Below, piece after piece: positions 12,096-23,500 of a stretch of 64,000 nucleotides of DNA (positions are counted from its first letter, which is position 1; each line of letters opens with the position of its first letter). The DNA comes from Chiloscyllium plagiosum. Lineage: Eukaryota. The translations under genes were made by a program, and so were the position numbers. A model generated the notes under the pieces. That model worked only from the letters and a program-made list of their open reading frames with translations, ran no database searches and was not told the DNA's origin. The stretch is from assembly GCF_004010195.1 (NCBI RefSeq), contig NC_057744.1, positions 35,782,710 through 35,846,709 of the forward strand, written 5' to 3'.

Positions 12096-14624
12096 TATAT
12101 ATTAGGAAATTGCATGGATTAAAGGCCAAATTCTCACCCTCAGATCAAGTATCATTTCAGCAAATATTTAATCCCGAAAAGCACGGGATTTCATTGTAAT
12201 TTATGAATACTCTGCCTCAGGGATCGACGTGAGTCAATGCCTTTAGCCAACGTGGGGCACCAGTAATAACGCCAAACACAGTTACCTTTACAGTGAATAC
12301 AAAGGAGAGGGTAAGCAGCTGGTCTCACTTAAAGTCGCTTATACACTGGGACACCTGAGACACAGTTTGGCAGAAACAGCAGCCTTTCATTTATTAATAG
12401 AACCAAAGACTGGAGTTAAGGAGTGTTAGTGTGGACCTGTAACTGTTTGAGGCACAGGCAGTGCTTAAGAAGAATATGTGGACTGTATATGTGAGATCGT
12501 TTCCGTACAACGCAGGCAGCATCCCCTGTGTGTGCGTGCAGGCTGCAACTCTGTTATGCAACCTTTATCCCCCTCATTCATGTTCAGCTAGAAGGCCGGA
12601 GTAAAAGCCCGAAACAGACCGTGACCCTGAAAGCCTCAGTGAAATCCTGTTATTACTTTATTATTTTCCCTCCCACCCATTCCTCTTGTCTCCTCTGCTT
12701 CCCTGCCGTTCACAGCACATTATCCCAGTCCATATTTTGCAAAGATAGACAGGGCGGCAAAGCTGGGGGGTTCTCAGTATTTCTCAGATTAATAAATTTC
12801 ATATTACACTTAAAATTGCAATGAAATCTGCTACGGGAGCAGGACAGAAGACGCCAAGTTTTGTTTAAGCAGCCAGAATAAGGTTAAAACATCGAGCAGG
12901 GAAACAGGAACTGGGAATTTTACAAATAATCTGATGCATCGATTAAATTATATGCAGTCAGCTAACCGAGAGTCTGTAACGTGGGTTACAATTAGGAACA
13001 AATTTCTGACATTGAATGTTCGTCTGAATATTTGAATCATATTTGTAAAGCGGTTCAAATCGTTGTTTTATGTTGGTTTAACATTTTGCAAGGTTTTGTA
13101 CGGATTTACGATGTCATTCTGTCCTTAACCTCTGCAATAATTTCGAAGATTTCATTGGGATAGATGTTAAATGCCGCTTTAATGGGATTAATCAACGCCA
13201 TGAGAGTGCGCGTTCATGTGCGAATTTGTACAATTATAAATGGTGTTTCCCTGCTTGTGTATGTTTGATAGCTCTGTGTGTTGGAGCGGGGAGGAGGATA
13301 GGGAAAGGAAGTTTTGTAGTTTTATTAACCTTCTTAAACCAAAAAATTGCCTCGTCCGCTGGTTAAACAGTTAATAAAATCCAAACGCATTTCAGTAAAT
13401 CTGGGTTTAGTTTGAAAATGCCTACGATTATTCGGGCGTTAATCTCTGCTCCCTTGTCTCTTGCCCCAGTGTGATATTAAAGGGGGCCATCGTGCAACCG
13501 GAGTTACGTGGCAAGCCATTTTGTCAGAGACATTTCACATCTTAAACATCCCAAAGCTCCAAAAACGTTTTGTTTTCAAACGTTATAGAGACCTTGAGAA
13601 GGACGGGATATTGACTCAGGGACAAACCTCAGTGCGGAGGCCTCGCTGCAGAGCGGTTCAGCTCAGAGTTCTTCTGAACAGGACCGGAAGGTTTACGAAT
13701 CTCCAACCCGGCTGCCCTCAGGTGATGTCGATTCCCAACATCACGGGCTGCGGTTCGATTAGAAAGCCCCAGCCCGCAAAGCTAATCGTTATAAAGTTTC
13801 CACGGTCTGATATGGAGAACAAGCTGACGCTGCACAGTCTTTTACAGGACAATCGGACCCAAGATGCCTTTAAGCAAGCGGCCGACTCGCAACCTCAGTC
13901 AGCAATGCTGGGTCATCTCTCTCCCACACAGGGAGGGTGCCATCCGGCCAGAACCAACAATGGAACCCACTCTTTACAGGAATATTCCACACCTGGAGTT
14001 GAATCGGTTCTCCCTTTGGTGGTGCTCGTTTCAAAACTCAAAAGTCGAGTTTTAAGCTCAGGTGGATTCAGCCCCAGAACATCCCGAACTCAACAAATGG
14101 AGTGAGATCCATTGGGATCGAATTGTACAGGTCAGAATGACGCCCCACTGCGCTCACACACTAACCACATGTCGGCAATAACCTTATACTGTGTGGGCCA
14201 GGGAGTTACAGCACGGAGAGAGTGGGCAGCCAGAGTGACTAGTGAAGGCCCAACTAAAATCAAGCAGGATTTTATGTATATATACATATTATGTATTATA
14301 TATATATAACATACATACGATGGAGCTCGAGAATATCGAAGCTAATCTAACCTGCCCCCTTTTCATTCCATGAATGCCAGTTCCAACTCCACTGAAACCA
14401 ACCTCCGGACAACTGCCCCTTTTGTTCGAGTTCGATTCTTTGCAGAAAGCACCAGCCACACTGAAATCAGCCGCGTTTTCAAAATCCTTGCAGCCAGTTC
14501 GCTCAAAAGATTACGGAACCAATTCATTCGCTAATCGCCCCGAGACTGCTGTCTTGACACAGTTCCGATTTACTGAAACCAACTTGAGGCGTTGAACCGG
14601 GAAATGTTCGCTCTGTTCCGTTAC

Positions 14625-14724
14625 CCTGATGCACTTTGTATGACACGATCTGCCTGTACTGCACCCAAACAACACCTTTTCACTGTTACCTAGGTCCATG
14701 TGACACTAATAAATCAAATCAAAT
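14625..14724 (+). mobile_element. Rex1/Babar-like LINE 3' tail
   Basis: aacaccttttcactgttacctaggtccatgtgacactaataaatcaaatcaaat with an (AAATC)n tail. Confidence 0.55.
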
Positions 14725-15806
14725 GGTACTGCCTGGCAATCTGAGCTTGCACTACTCCCCACCCACATCCTTTACTTCTAGAAACAGTATACAATATTCG
14801 ATATTTCGGCATCTTAAGTAATGGATAAAAAGTCTTTTTACACGGTAGGGGTGGATGGGGAGAGAACGGAAGTGGGGTGTCGAGATAAGGGGTCAGCCGT
14901 CAGCAAGTTGAACCGCAAGGAGAATCGATGGGCAGAACGGTCTCTGTAAGCGGGAAGAGACTGACTTTGAGAGGCGTGTTTATTACAGAAAAAGGGTCTG
15001 CAAAGACTCGGGATAACGAATCAAGTTATTCCCTAATCCAGTCGTCTAATTATAATTGTGATATCGCATTTAACTGAAAGAAATTGCCAGTTTTATAATA
15101 GACATTTATCACTTTATACATCAACTTACTCTGGGTGTAACGCACATGCTAACAGCGGCGACACCTTAGAAATAAACGGCACTTCTGAAATTCTTGCCCG
15201 CGCTGTTTTAGTTTATCTTATTGGAACAGAAATCTAACAGTCCAGCGGTTGTTGTAATCAATTTCTCCCTGTTCCTCATAAATCAGATGGAAATAAAAAG
15301 CTGCGTATTTTAAAAATTGCAACAATGAAACTGGATGTATCTGGAACCCCACACCTGGTCTTGAACAAAAACGCATCCAGGTTTACGGCCAAGAAATAAA
15401 TATATAGTACCCCCTGCCGCCACAGTGTCCAATAATCCCAGGATTCAATTTCTGAATGAGACCGAAACCCATTGGTTTATCCACAGACACGAGCTTCAAT
15501 ACATTTTGCAACGTGTACTGACATTAGCAAAACATCACATTTGAAAGCTACAGACATTTCAGAACGAGCCCACACAAGACGTGTCCGTGAAATGCTTCCT
15601 TCTTTCTAATTCGTTGAATACAATCATTTTGTAAACTATTGGCAACAAAAGACTTGCTCGATTACACTCTGACTGCAACTGATGAGATCCAGGATAAGTT
15701 ACCACCACTTTCAGTGGGATCTTGATACTCATAACACCGACACAAGCAGCACTGACTCACTGACACTTCTAGTTAGGCTGATGGTGAGAGCTGGAACCAC
15801 ACTTAC

Positions 15807-16010
15807 TTTCCCTGAGGTAATTTAGGTGTGAGAGCAGGACTTCAGCATTGTAGAGGGAGGTCAGGCGGAGAAAGTCTTCCTTGTTCATTTTACAGAGCTC
15901 CTTGCCGTCCGTGTTGTGAAAGAGGGCCGTGTCGATCTCCAAAAGCCCGTATTCCTTGATGGCCCACTCCAGCCACTGTCTGACGTGTTCCTGGCTCCAA
16001 AGAGTCGGAT
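15807..16010 (-). CDS. FLI1: FLI1-type ETS factor, coding exon 4 (204 nt; PNT/SAM domain [21 protein letters not shown]...[11 protein letters not shown])
   Basis: Acceptor tgtttcgcag|AT and donor GAAA|GTAAGT. Pointed-domain sequence with FLI1-type residues ([22 protein letters not shown]). Confidence 0.96.
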
Positions 16011-16443
16011 CTGCGAAACACCAGCCATTTAAAGAACTCATCCAGAATCCTGCACAAACCGCACCGACTGCACAACACTAAACTCTCCAATCCACACGTT
16101 GTTCTCGTTAAAGGGACAGTGCCGATTCTGTACGCAGTTAATACTGAAGCTTAGCTCCCACCAGCCGCTTGACTCAATCCAGATGTATGCGAGCCAGTCG
16201 GCTAATTTCTGGTAATGGAAATTGAGTGCATAATTGGATCAAAATCAGTGAGCTATAGAGATGTGGTCGAGTCTTATCACTGATATTTCACCTTGGTGTA
16301 ATTAAAGCAAAACTGAGACGGGGGCACGCGGGGGGAGGAGAGCAAGGTGGGGAGGGGGGCAGGGAGCTTCTGAGAGACCTCCATTGATGGGAAGGCCTCC
16401 ATCTGGCCTGAGAGACTACCTTTGCTACCTTCCCTGTAGTTAC

Positions 16444-16598
16444 CTGCCGGCACGATCACTCTCCGCTCGTTGGTGGTCATGTTAGGCGGCGGTGGCCCGT
16501 TCTTCTCGTCCATGTAGTTGCCGTAACTCATGGGGTTGGTGTCGGTGCCACTGACCAGCTTATTGCACTTGGCCACGCTGCAGTCTACAGGTGAGTCC
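16444..16598 (-). CDS. FLI1: FLI1-type ETS factor, coding exon 3 (155 nt; [11 protein letters not shown]...[16 protein letters not shown])
   Basis: Acceptor ccctgacag|G and donor GCAG|GTAAC. Contains the ERG/FLI1 signature [16 protein letters not shown]. Confidence 0.96.
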
Positions 16599-17129
16599 CT
16601 GTCAGGGATGAAGAAGGAGACAGATGTCAGAGCCAGGAAGGTACAAAGCGACACAGGTGCCGCAGTTCGCTCTCCGTATTCGTTCACATCCTCAGGTCGC
16701 TGTACAACCAAGCGCCCTGAACGAACTTCCTCTGAAAATGTGGGCAGTTGTTCCCAGGGTTTGTGACTCACTTTAATTACATCTGTGTGTGCATACAGCG
16801 GTCAACAGTAGATTATCCCATTGTTTAAATGAATATAATACAACATCGATAAGAGGAAAACGGGTAAGATTTCCTGCATGCGTTAGATGTGAATGAAATT
16901 TCCTAAGGATCGATTTCGTTTAATTTTCATGCCCCCCCCCCCCCATAACCCAAATGAAAAACTGGTTGTATTCGGCTAAAAAAAATCAACTTCACAGGCC
17001 CATGCACGTAACCCAATGTTCAACAGAGACTGATGACAAAGAGAAGGGAGGCAAAGTGAGGAATAAAGAGCAAAAAGAGACAAGATGTGGCAGAGATTTT
17101 AACATGTCTGAGTGCAGCCCTACAGAGGC

Positions 17130-17400
17130 GGGACACAGTAATGTAGGGACTGTTTATATTACTGGGCTAGGAATCTAGAGAACGTGTGTTCAAATTGCCC
17201 ATTGCAATTTGAGGATTTGAATTTCATTTTCTAAAAGATCTGGAATCAATAAAAGCTGACGAAAGTTTTGGACCAGTTTACAGATCGAGACGCACATGGA
17301 GACCCAACGGGCTCACTGCCACCCGGTTCTCCTCACCCGGTTTGGTCTCCGTGTGTCTCTCGATCTGGAAAGTGGCTGAAAAATCCACTCAGTTGTGTGA
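17130..17400 (+). mobile_element. Highly diverged DeuSINE-like SINE in FLI1 intron 2
   Basis: Head actgggctaggaatctagagaacgtgtgttcaaat...gatttgaatttc...tctggaat and cctcacccggtttggtct resemble the 37385-37672 element. Confidence 0.5.
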
Positions 17401-17971
17401 AAGGCCCACCCTAAGCTTTTCAAGAGAGCGAGAGATGGACTAATCCCCGCAATAAATGACGCATTTTACACAGAAGTTAAGATGCGGTGACATCTTAGCC
17501 TTGCTGTTTTGTTTTCTCGCAAGGCCCTCTATGTTTACTGACGGAGAAGCGACCCGTCTCTTTGGGAGCCCAATGAGCAGATCATAATCCAATCCCACAG
17601 CCCTCCCAACAGAACCACGCCATACAGCTGGGGACTGTACGGATCCGGTTGTAAGTCTAGTAGAGTTTGTTCTCTACAATAAATGTGTAATCACATGCAA
17701 ACATATTATGTGCAAGCTTGTTAGAAATACAATGGGAGAATTCATACGCAATTTTCTGTTACAAATTGAAGTAAATTTCATGTGAGTGTATGCTTAGTTG
17801 ACACAAACACTCTTGGGTGGTGTGTACTTAAGAAATGATATTGGGCGAATGAGGCAGTGGGACATTACCACATGTTGAGTGGAGATGAATTCAGGAGATG
17901 GACAGTTTGATGGCCCCGCTCTGCCTGTGGGATCTGCTTTTGTTGGAAAAGGCTGTCTGATCCGATGTTAC

Positions 17972-18177
17972 CTGGACCCGTTAATATGGTCGTATTCCCT
18001 CTTGATATGAACCCTGACGGGCTGGTTGATCCATTCTTGTTGAGGCAAGGGATTGATTTTGTGCGTTTGTCCATAGTCGGCTGCAGCTGAAGCCGTCATA
18101 TCCGCTTTGGGGAGATGTGCAGCCACGTACGAGGTGTCAAACAGGGACTGATCGTCACTCACAACCGACAGGGCTTC
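17972..18177 (-). CDS. FLI1: FLI1-type ETS factor, coding exon 2 (206 nt; [17 protein letters not shown]...[11 protein letters not shown])
   Basis: Acceptor tgttttcag|GAA and donor AG|GTAAC. The translation closely matches FLI1 residues after MDGTIK and is in frame with exons 1 and 3. Confidence 0.95.
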
Positions 18178-20231
18178 CTGAAAACAGCAGAAAGATCAGA
18201 GGGCATACGGTCAGAAAGTTGCAGGTACAGACAGTAATCCCAACTCGAGATAGTGAACCCTCCAACATGAGGCAGAGATTCAGGGGGCAATCCAACCATG
18301 ATAGAGCGCCCCCTCTCCGTTATGTGATTGTGACAACAGATTAATTACTGAAAATGGCCTCAACCTCAACAATGAGAATGCAATCACTTCAGAAAATGTT
18401 CATCAATATCCTGCACATCAGTTTTAAATCCATCTCCACACAATGGACTATCTGATACGTTATAAATGTGTACATCCCGATGAGCCGACGTGAATGTGCG
18501 TTTTTATGGGTGTCGCAGAATCATCATTAAGAACTCAGGCCGTGAACAAAACACCCATAATCGTTTGGAACCCAGGCTTTGCTGAAAAGGATAGCTTATG
18601 GCGAAGCTTGCGCCCATCAGGGCAATTCGTAAGAAATACCAATTGGTATGTTTGAGAATTGCCTTGACCAATAACAGACGTAAAACGTACGAACAATTGC
18701 CTTTTTTCAGCAAATTTTAACGGAACATTTATTAACTGAGCACTTCCAATAACCATATTATCTCAATGAAAACTGAAAGGACAGGAATGTCAAATATATT
18801 CGGACATACTGTCCCCAGTAGCTGGAAACCCTAGTCTGGTACCTCCCGATCCATCTCTGGAAGTGACCGGGATATCTACAGGTTACAGAGAAAATGCTAT
18901 AGCATTGGCGAGTGTCAATCTTGCATTCAAAGGGTGTAGCAAAACTAAGGCAAAGTCTGAAGCAGATCGGGAAGGTTACTAGAGGTTCGCGAGCGGTTTG
19001 ACATAGGAGTGAGCAGTTCCTATCCGCCGCGGCCCGGACTAATCTAGGACATTGGCAAGTATTTTCCCCATACTGTCTGTGTTGCTGCAGGCTTGTCTGC
19101 TCAGTGACTCTGCACTTGCCAATGCTCAGAAACCCAAGCCAAAACCAAACTTCTGTGAGCTCGGCTAAAGGGGTAGAGCCAGAGCGGGGAGGGAGTGGAG
19201 AGAGGCGCCTAACCCTGCTCCAGCTCAGAATTAGCACGGCAGAGAGAGAGAGAGAGAGAAACACGAAATAAACACCGACAAAGTGAACATAAATCAGAGG
19301 GAGTGCGGGAGGAGAGCAGATAGTTTTCCATCTTTATTGTGTTAAGGAAAAAGGAAATCTGTCAGGAAACAGGGGTGTAAAGAACGGAAATGTATGCTGG
19401 GTCGATAAGGGAGGGGGTTTGCTGAGGAACCTACAGTTCAGTTATGAATCAATCAAGCCTTCACTTGAAACTGTTTGTTGCAAGACCCTGAGGAGCGCTC
19501 ACCCTTCTCTCTCTCTCCGCTTGAGCGTTCGCCACTCTGTAACACTGGATTTGAAAGGGGGGTCCTCCTGCCTACTCCTATTTATTGTCTCTCCCTCTGC
19601 CCCGGGGACAGCAAGTCTCCTTTCGGACCGAGCAGCAATGAGCTGCGGGCGGCGCGCACACGCAGCGCGGCCGCTCTCCCTCAGGGGGACACATCGCTGG
19701 TCACACTGGACACTCCAAGGCACAGTCTCCGCGCGTCTGAGGGTAGGGGTTGGCATTGGTCTTCAGAGCCGCTGGGCGCTGTGCCACCCGGCGTTGCGCA
19801 GTTGGTCGTGGTCGGTGGCAGGTCCCCCCCTCTGTAATGAGAGCAGCCCCTCACTCTCCTGGTCTAACCCAGGGTGAATGATAGCCAGCTCTCCGCCCCG
19901 GGCGCAAATCGAGAAGCAAATGTTCACAGCTCCTGCAGGACTGAGCACAGTGACCCCTCCACAATCCTCTGCCTCTGCCATATCCCAGGCCAAGAAAAAG
20001 ACATTTCCAAAGGAGATAGACAATCTGACGGAATGGCGCTGCTGTTGGTGGGCTGGAAACTTGGGGTGGGGGCAGTTGGAGAGGGGAGGCGGGGAGGCGG
20101 GGGTGGTGGTGGGGGGATGAGGTGAAGAAAAAAAAAAGTGGCGTCACCCCGAAGGAAAAGCGAGAAACAAAACATCCCGAGGACAGGAGGCTCTTCAAGC
20201 CAGCCCAGAGCCCCAACCCCCTTCCCTTTAC

Positions 20232-20249
20232 CTTAATAGTGCCGTCCAT
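20232..20249 (-). CDS. FLI1: FLI1-type ETS factor, coding exon 1 (MDGTIK)
   Basis: Minus strand reads ATG GAC GGC ACT ATT AAG|GTAAAG. This is the FLI1 N-terminus MDGTIK with a phase-0 donor. Confidence 0.93.
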
Positions 20250-20299
20250 TTCCCCCGATTTCTTCCCTTTTCCACAAATCGGAACAATATCGCAAACAT
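20232..20299 (-). promoter_or_regulatory. Upstream ORF starting at AUG -50, overlapping the FLI1 start and ending after splicing at UGA +35 (18161-18159)
   Basis: ATG at 20299-20297 is out of frame with the main ATG. The spliced frame is open for 28 codons (MFAILFRFVEKGRNRGKWTALLRKPCRL*). Confidence 0.75.
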
Positions 20300-20350
20300 G
20301 ACACGGTCAGGAGGTAATTACAACCACAATTCTTACTCGGACAGGCGAGG

Positions 20351-20407
20351 TAACCGGATGAAAGATTGGCAATTCTGGGAAGTGAAGTCAGCCGCCCGGG
20401 AGGAAGC
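20351..20407 (-). promoter_or_regulatory. Cluster of three ETS-binding sites in the FLI1 promoter/5' leader
   Basis: Plus strand shows ACCGGATG (20353), GGGAAGTGA (20377) and GGGAGGAAGC (20398). Order and flanks resemble the mammalian Fli-1 exon-1 EBS element as recalled. CCAAT at 20415 and AGATAAG at 20472 lie nearby. Confidence 0.7.
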
Positions 20408-20561
20408 TGCTGAACCAATGGTGGGGGCTCATTACACATTTTTTTTTGAAAGCAGGATATTTTGGCCGTCAAGATAAGGGAGAGAAAAAAAAACACAGAA
20501 ACAATAGTCGTTTCTCTTTTCCGTGGTTCCAATGCGTTTTCCTGTTCGCCCCTCACCCTCA

Positions 20562-20584
20562 GACACACACACACACACACACAT
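20562..20584. repeat. (CA)n microsatellite upstream of the FLI1 start
   Basis: gacacacacacacacacacacat. Confidence 0.9.
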
Positions 20585-23500
20585 TCACAGTTGCTTCAGA
20601 GTAAAATAAAACCACTAACGCTTATGTTTACAACTGGCCACAGAGTCAGTTAGCAATCGTACGCTACCCTTGGATGAGTACCATCGGCAGATTATCTCCA
20701 TCCCCTTACGCCCTATTTAAGGAAGACTTTGACATGTATTTATTTACGAAGGTCAGACGAAACAATCCTGGCCCCCCACAGCATCATCTCGAGCAGCCAA
20801 CAGCCTTTCCCCAAACCCCTTGAAAAGTTACCGGTAACTAGTCACCAAGCTAAGCAATTCTCCCAGCGGATTACTGTTACATCTGCACTTAAAATACACG
20901 CTTAGGAACGTCTTATTGTACTCAGCATAATTCAGAATGAATGGTTTACCTGCTCAGGTGAATTTTTAAAAACTTTATTTAAATGTATTTATTTGGAATC
21001 TGCCCTTCAAGTCCAGACGTCTCGCTCTTGCTTTGTATTAAAACGCGTTACAAGTCTTCAGTTGCCTTATCCGATTGTTCGGTCTTGATTAACTTGGCGA
21101 ATTTAGCTCGCAGTCCTCTCTCTCTCTCTCCCCCACCCCCTCCATTCCCCCCGCCTCTGAAATGATTCTCATCAATCCAGGCAGCATTTCACTGGAACTG
21201 CAGATCCCAACCTGAGCGGATCGCAGTGAGGCACTGACCAATCGGGAGAGGGCTATTTTCAGCGCTAATTGCAGGTCTCGCTCCTGGATGTATGCAGTTT
21301 CACTTTCCCTCTGTCTCTAGCGGAAAACTCTCCGTCTCCTAAAGCCCCGGTTCACAGTAATCAGTTACTTTAAACGTGTCTCCAACCTGGACGTCTAAGT
21401 GTGGGATTTATTCAGAGCGAGTCAATGAGAGAGGGGAAGAGGCTGGCGGTTTGCAATAAGAGTAATAGAATATTTTAAAGAGAGAGAGAGAAAAAAAATA
21501 CACTTCACATTGGTGTGCTGGCCATGCCAAGGCTTGCTTCTGCAGAGTTGCTGCAGCTCACTAATGAATGCGCCTTTCTTTGCAGGTAACGGAGATTCTC
21601 ATCCCTGATCAGCGGCGGAATGTTCTTCAGAAAGTCAGCTGTTGAGTCCCTGTCCTCCTGCTCTCTCCCCCCTCGCCCGTGAGGCCGTACACTGGGCCCC
21701 ATTCGCACCCCCCCCCCCCCCCCTCCCCCGGCATAGCCCTCTCCCTACCCGGCTTCAGCTATAGCCCACTGTCGCTGTATCCCTCAATCCCGAGAATGAC
21801 GAGTCCTGGGCCATGCAGTCACCGGGGCTGGGGAGTGGGGGGGGGGGCAACAGAAGGCCGAGTGAACAGACCCCAACGTTTGTTTACAATGGAGAACAGA
21901 TTCTCAGGTTGTCCCTGGTATTTCACTTTTTTCAAGGATTTAAAAGCAAAACGAAAATTGCCTGGGGAGAACGTGTTCAAACCACCAACAAGATCCCCCC
22001 CCCCCCCCCATAATTTATGAGGCAGCTCTGGCGGTGAGCTTTAATATCTCATTTCACTTTTCTTTGCGGCGGGAGGGGCGAAGATGACGACAATTTCAGA
22101 CATTCAAATAAAACGAACCTATTGACTTAGCCTTGGAATGGTAGGGGCAAATTCCCACAATTACAATGGTGGGTGTATCTGCAACTCTGAACACACAAGC
22201 AAACTGTCTGAGCCGTTGCTCCAGGCCATAATTAATTTGAGATTTATTTTTATTGGAGAATTTCTAGTCTCCGCTGACCTTAGCAAAACAAGTCTGCAAC
22301 CAGGACCTGGATGCGCTTGAATGAAACATAATATAACTGCAAAGTCTTTCTTGTTGGCCTGATTTGGGGTTTGTCTGAGTGTTTAAACATTGATATTGTA
22401 CATGGCTATCTTTCTAAAGTAATAGATGTTGGGGATTGCAATTAGATCGATGTCTCGTTCTGAGCATCGTCATAAAAGGGCCGATCATTACCCCATGTCA
22501 GCCCCGTGGAAAAAGAAGGGGACGGCGTTTTCTCGCGGAGTCTTGCTCACTTGGTGAGCTTTGGTTGAACTCTGGAAGTGAGAGAGCAAGGAACAGAGTG
22601 AGAATTGTTCCACGTTCACAGACCTCTCCGCCTTGGTTGGAGACTGTCTGAAAACCAGCCTTTGTGAAGTAACACAAACGTTATGACTGGGTGAAAAAAT
22701 ATGCTATTTCAAGGGCGTTAGGTACAAGCCCGAGGTCTACATACTGCACTATTTAATAACGCCACAGAATATCAGAGACATCAATGTTTTCGAAAGGTCT
22801 TCTTTAATAAGACCGAGGTGCGTCTTAAGCTTCGGTGTCAAAGCTTCTCCTTTTGATCGTGAGCAGTTAACACTACCTGAAATGAATAGACCCAGGCCCT
22901 TGCACAACTGCAACTGCGTGTTTTTCACCTTAAAAATAATACACAAACTTCTTCAATTACCGCAGATATTTACCTTGTATGAAATTGATATATATATATT
23001 TTTAAAAACTGCAAGGTGTCTGCATTAGATGCAGGTGATCGAATTACATTAACGAATTGGACGCTACAAATATTCTTATTCTCAGTCGAGATGATTTATT
23101 TCACTGCTGTTTTAACCTCTGGTGGATTTTTTTCCCGTCTGGTCGACTCAAGGGGGGCGGTGTGCAGGAGGGGGAAAGTTCCTCGTTTCTAAAAGGTCTG
23201 ACTCTGAAGAAATGGATTGCCCAAAAAGAAGGGAGTAAAGGATGAAGGGAAGAATAGTTCAGTTTGATATTGGCCAGATACGATCTATAGACAAACGCTT
23301 GGGACGTCGGCCATGTGACTGTAGAAACCACAGAGCGGGCCTTACTCTATGGCTGAAACCCCCTTTCTCCTAATCTTTGCAGCAACTACAGCACTTCCGA
23401 AGCGGATTTAAAGTCAGTCCATATCCACGTTAAACACATTCCTGAGTTGAATACTCAATTCAAAACTCATTTATGTAGACTGTCTACTTAATTTGATTTC

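Noticed and set aside
12286-12354. 69-nt minus-strand segment with good splice signals (ctgtgtctcag| ... AAG|GTAAC), about the size expected for FLI1 exon 5
   Set aside because: All three frames contain stops (the required phase gives S-V-P-V-Y-K-R-L-stop) and there is no similarity to FLI1/ERG exon 5. A poison exon cannot be excluded without RNA-seq.
13461-14105. 214-aa plus-strand ORF in intron 4
   Set aside because: It starts at TTG, has no recognisable domain and no splice context. Long ORFs arise by chance in CpG/GC-richer DNA.
1-15800. FLI1 exons 5-9 including the ETS domain
   Set aside because: No matching peptide (for example QIQLWQFLLELL) appears in the ORF track or by eye. They are probably outside the window, though a short diverged exon could have been missed.
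21570-21590. Plus-strand acceptor-like cctttctttgcag, suggesting an antisense or divergent lncRNA like human SENCR
   Set aside because: A single short motif; a lncRNA cannot be supported from sequence alone.
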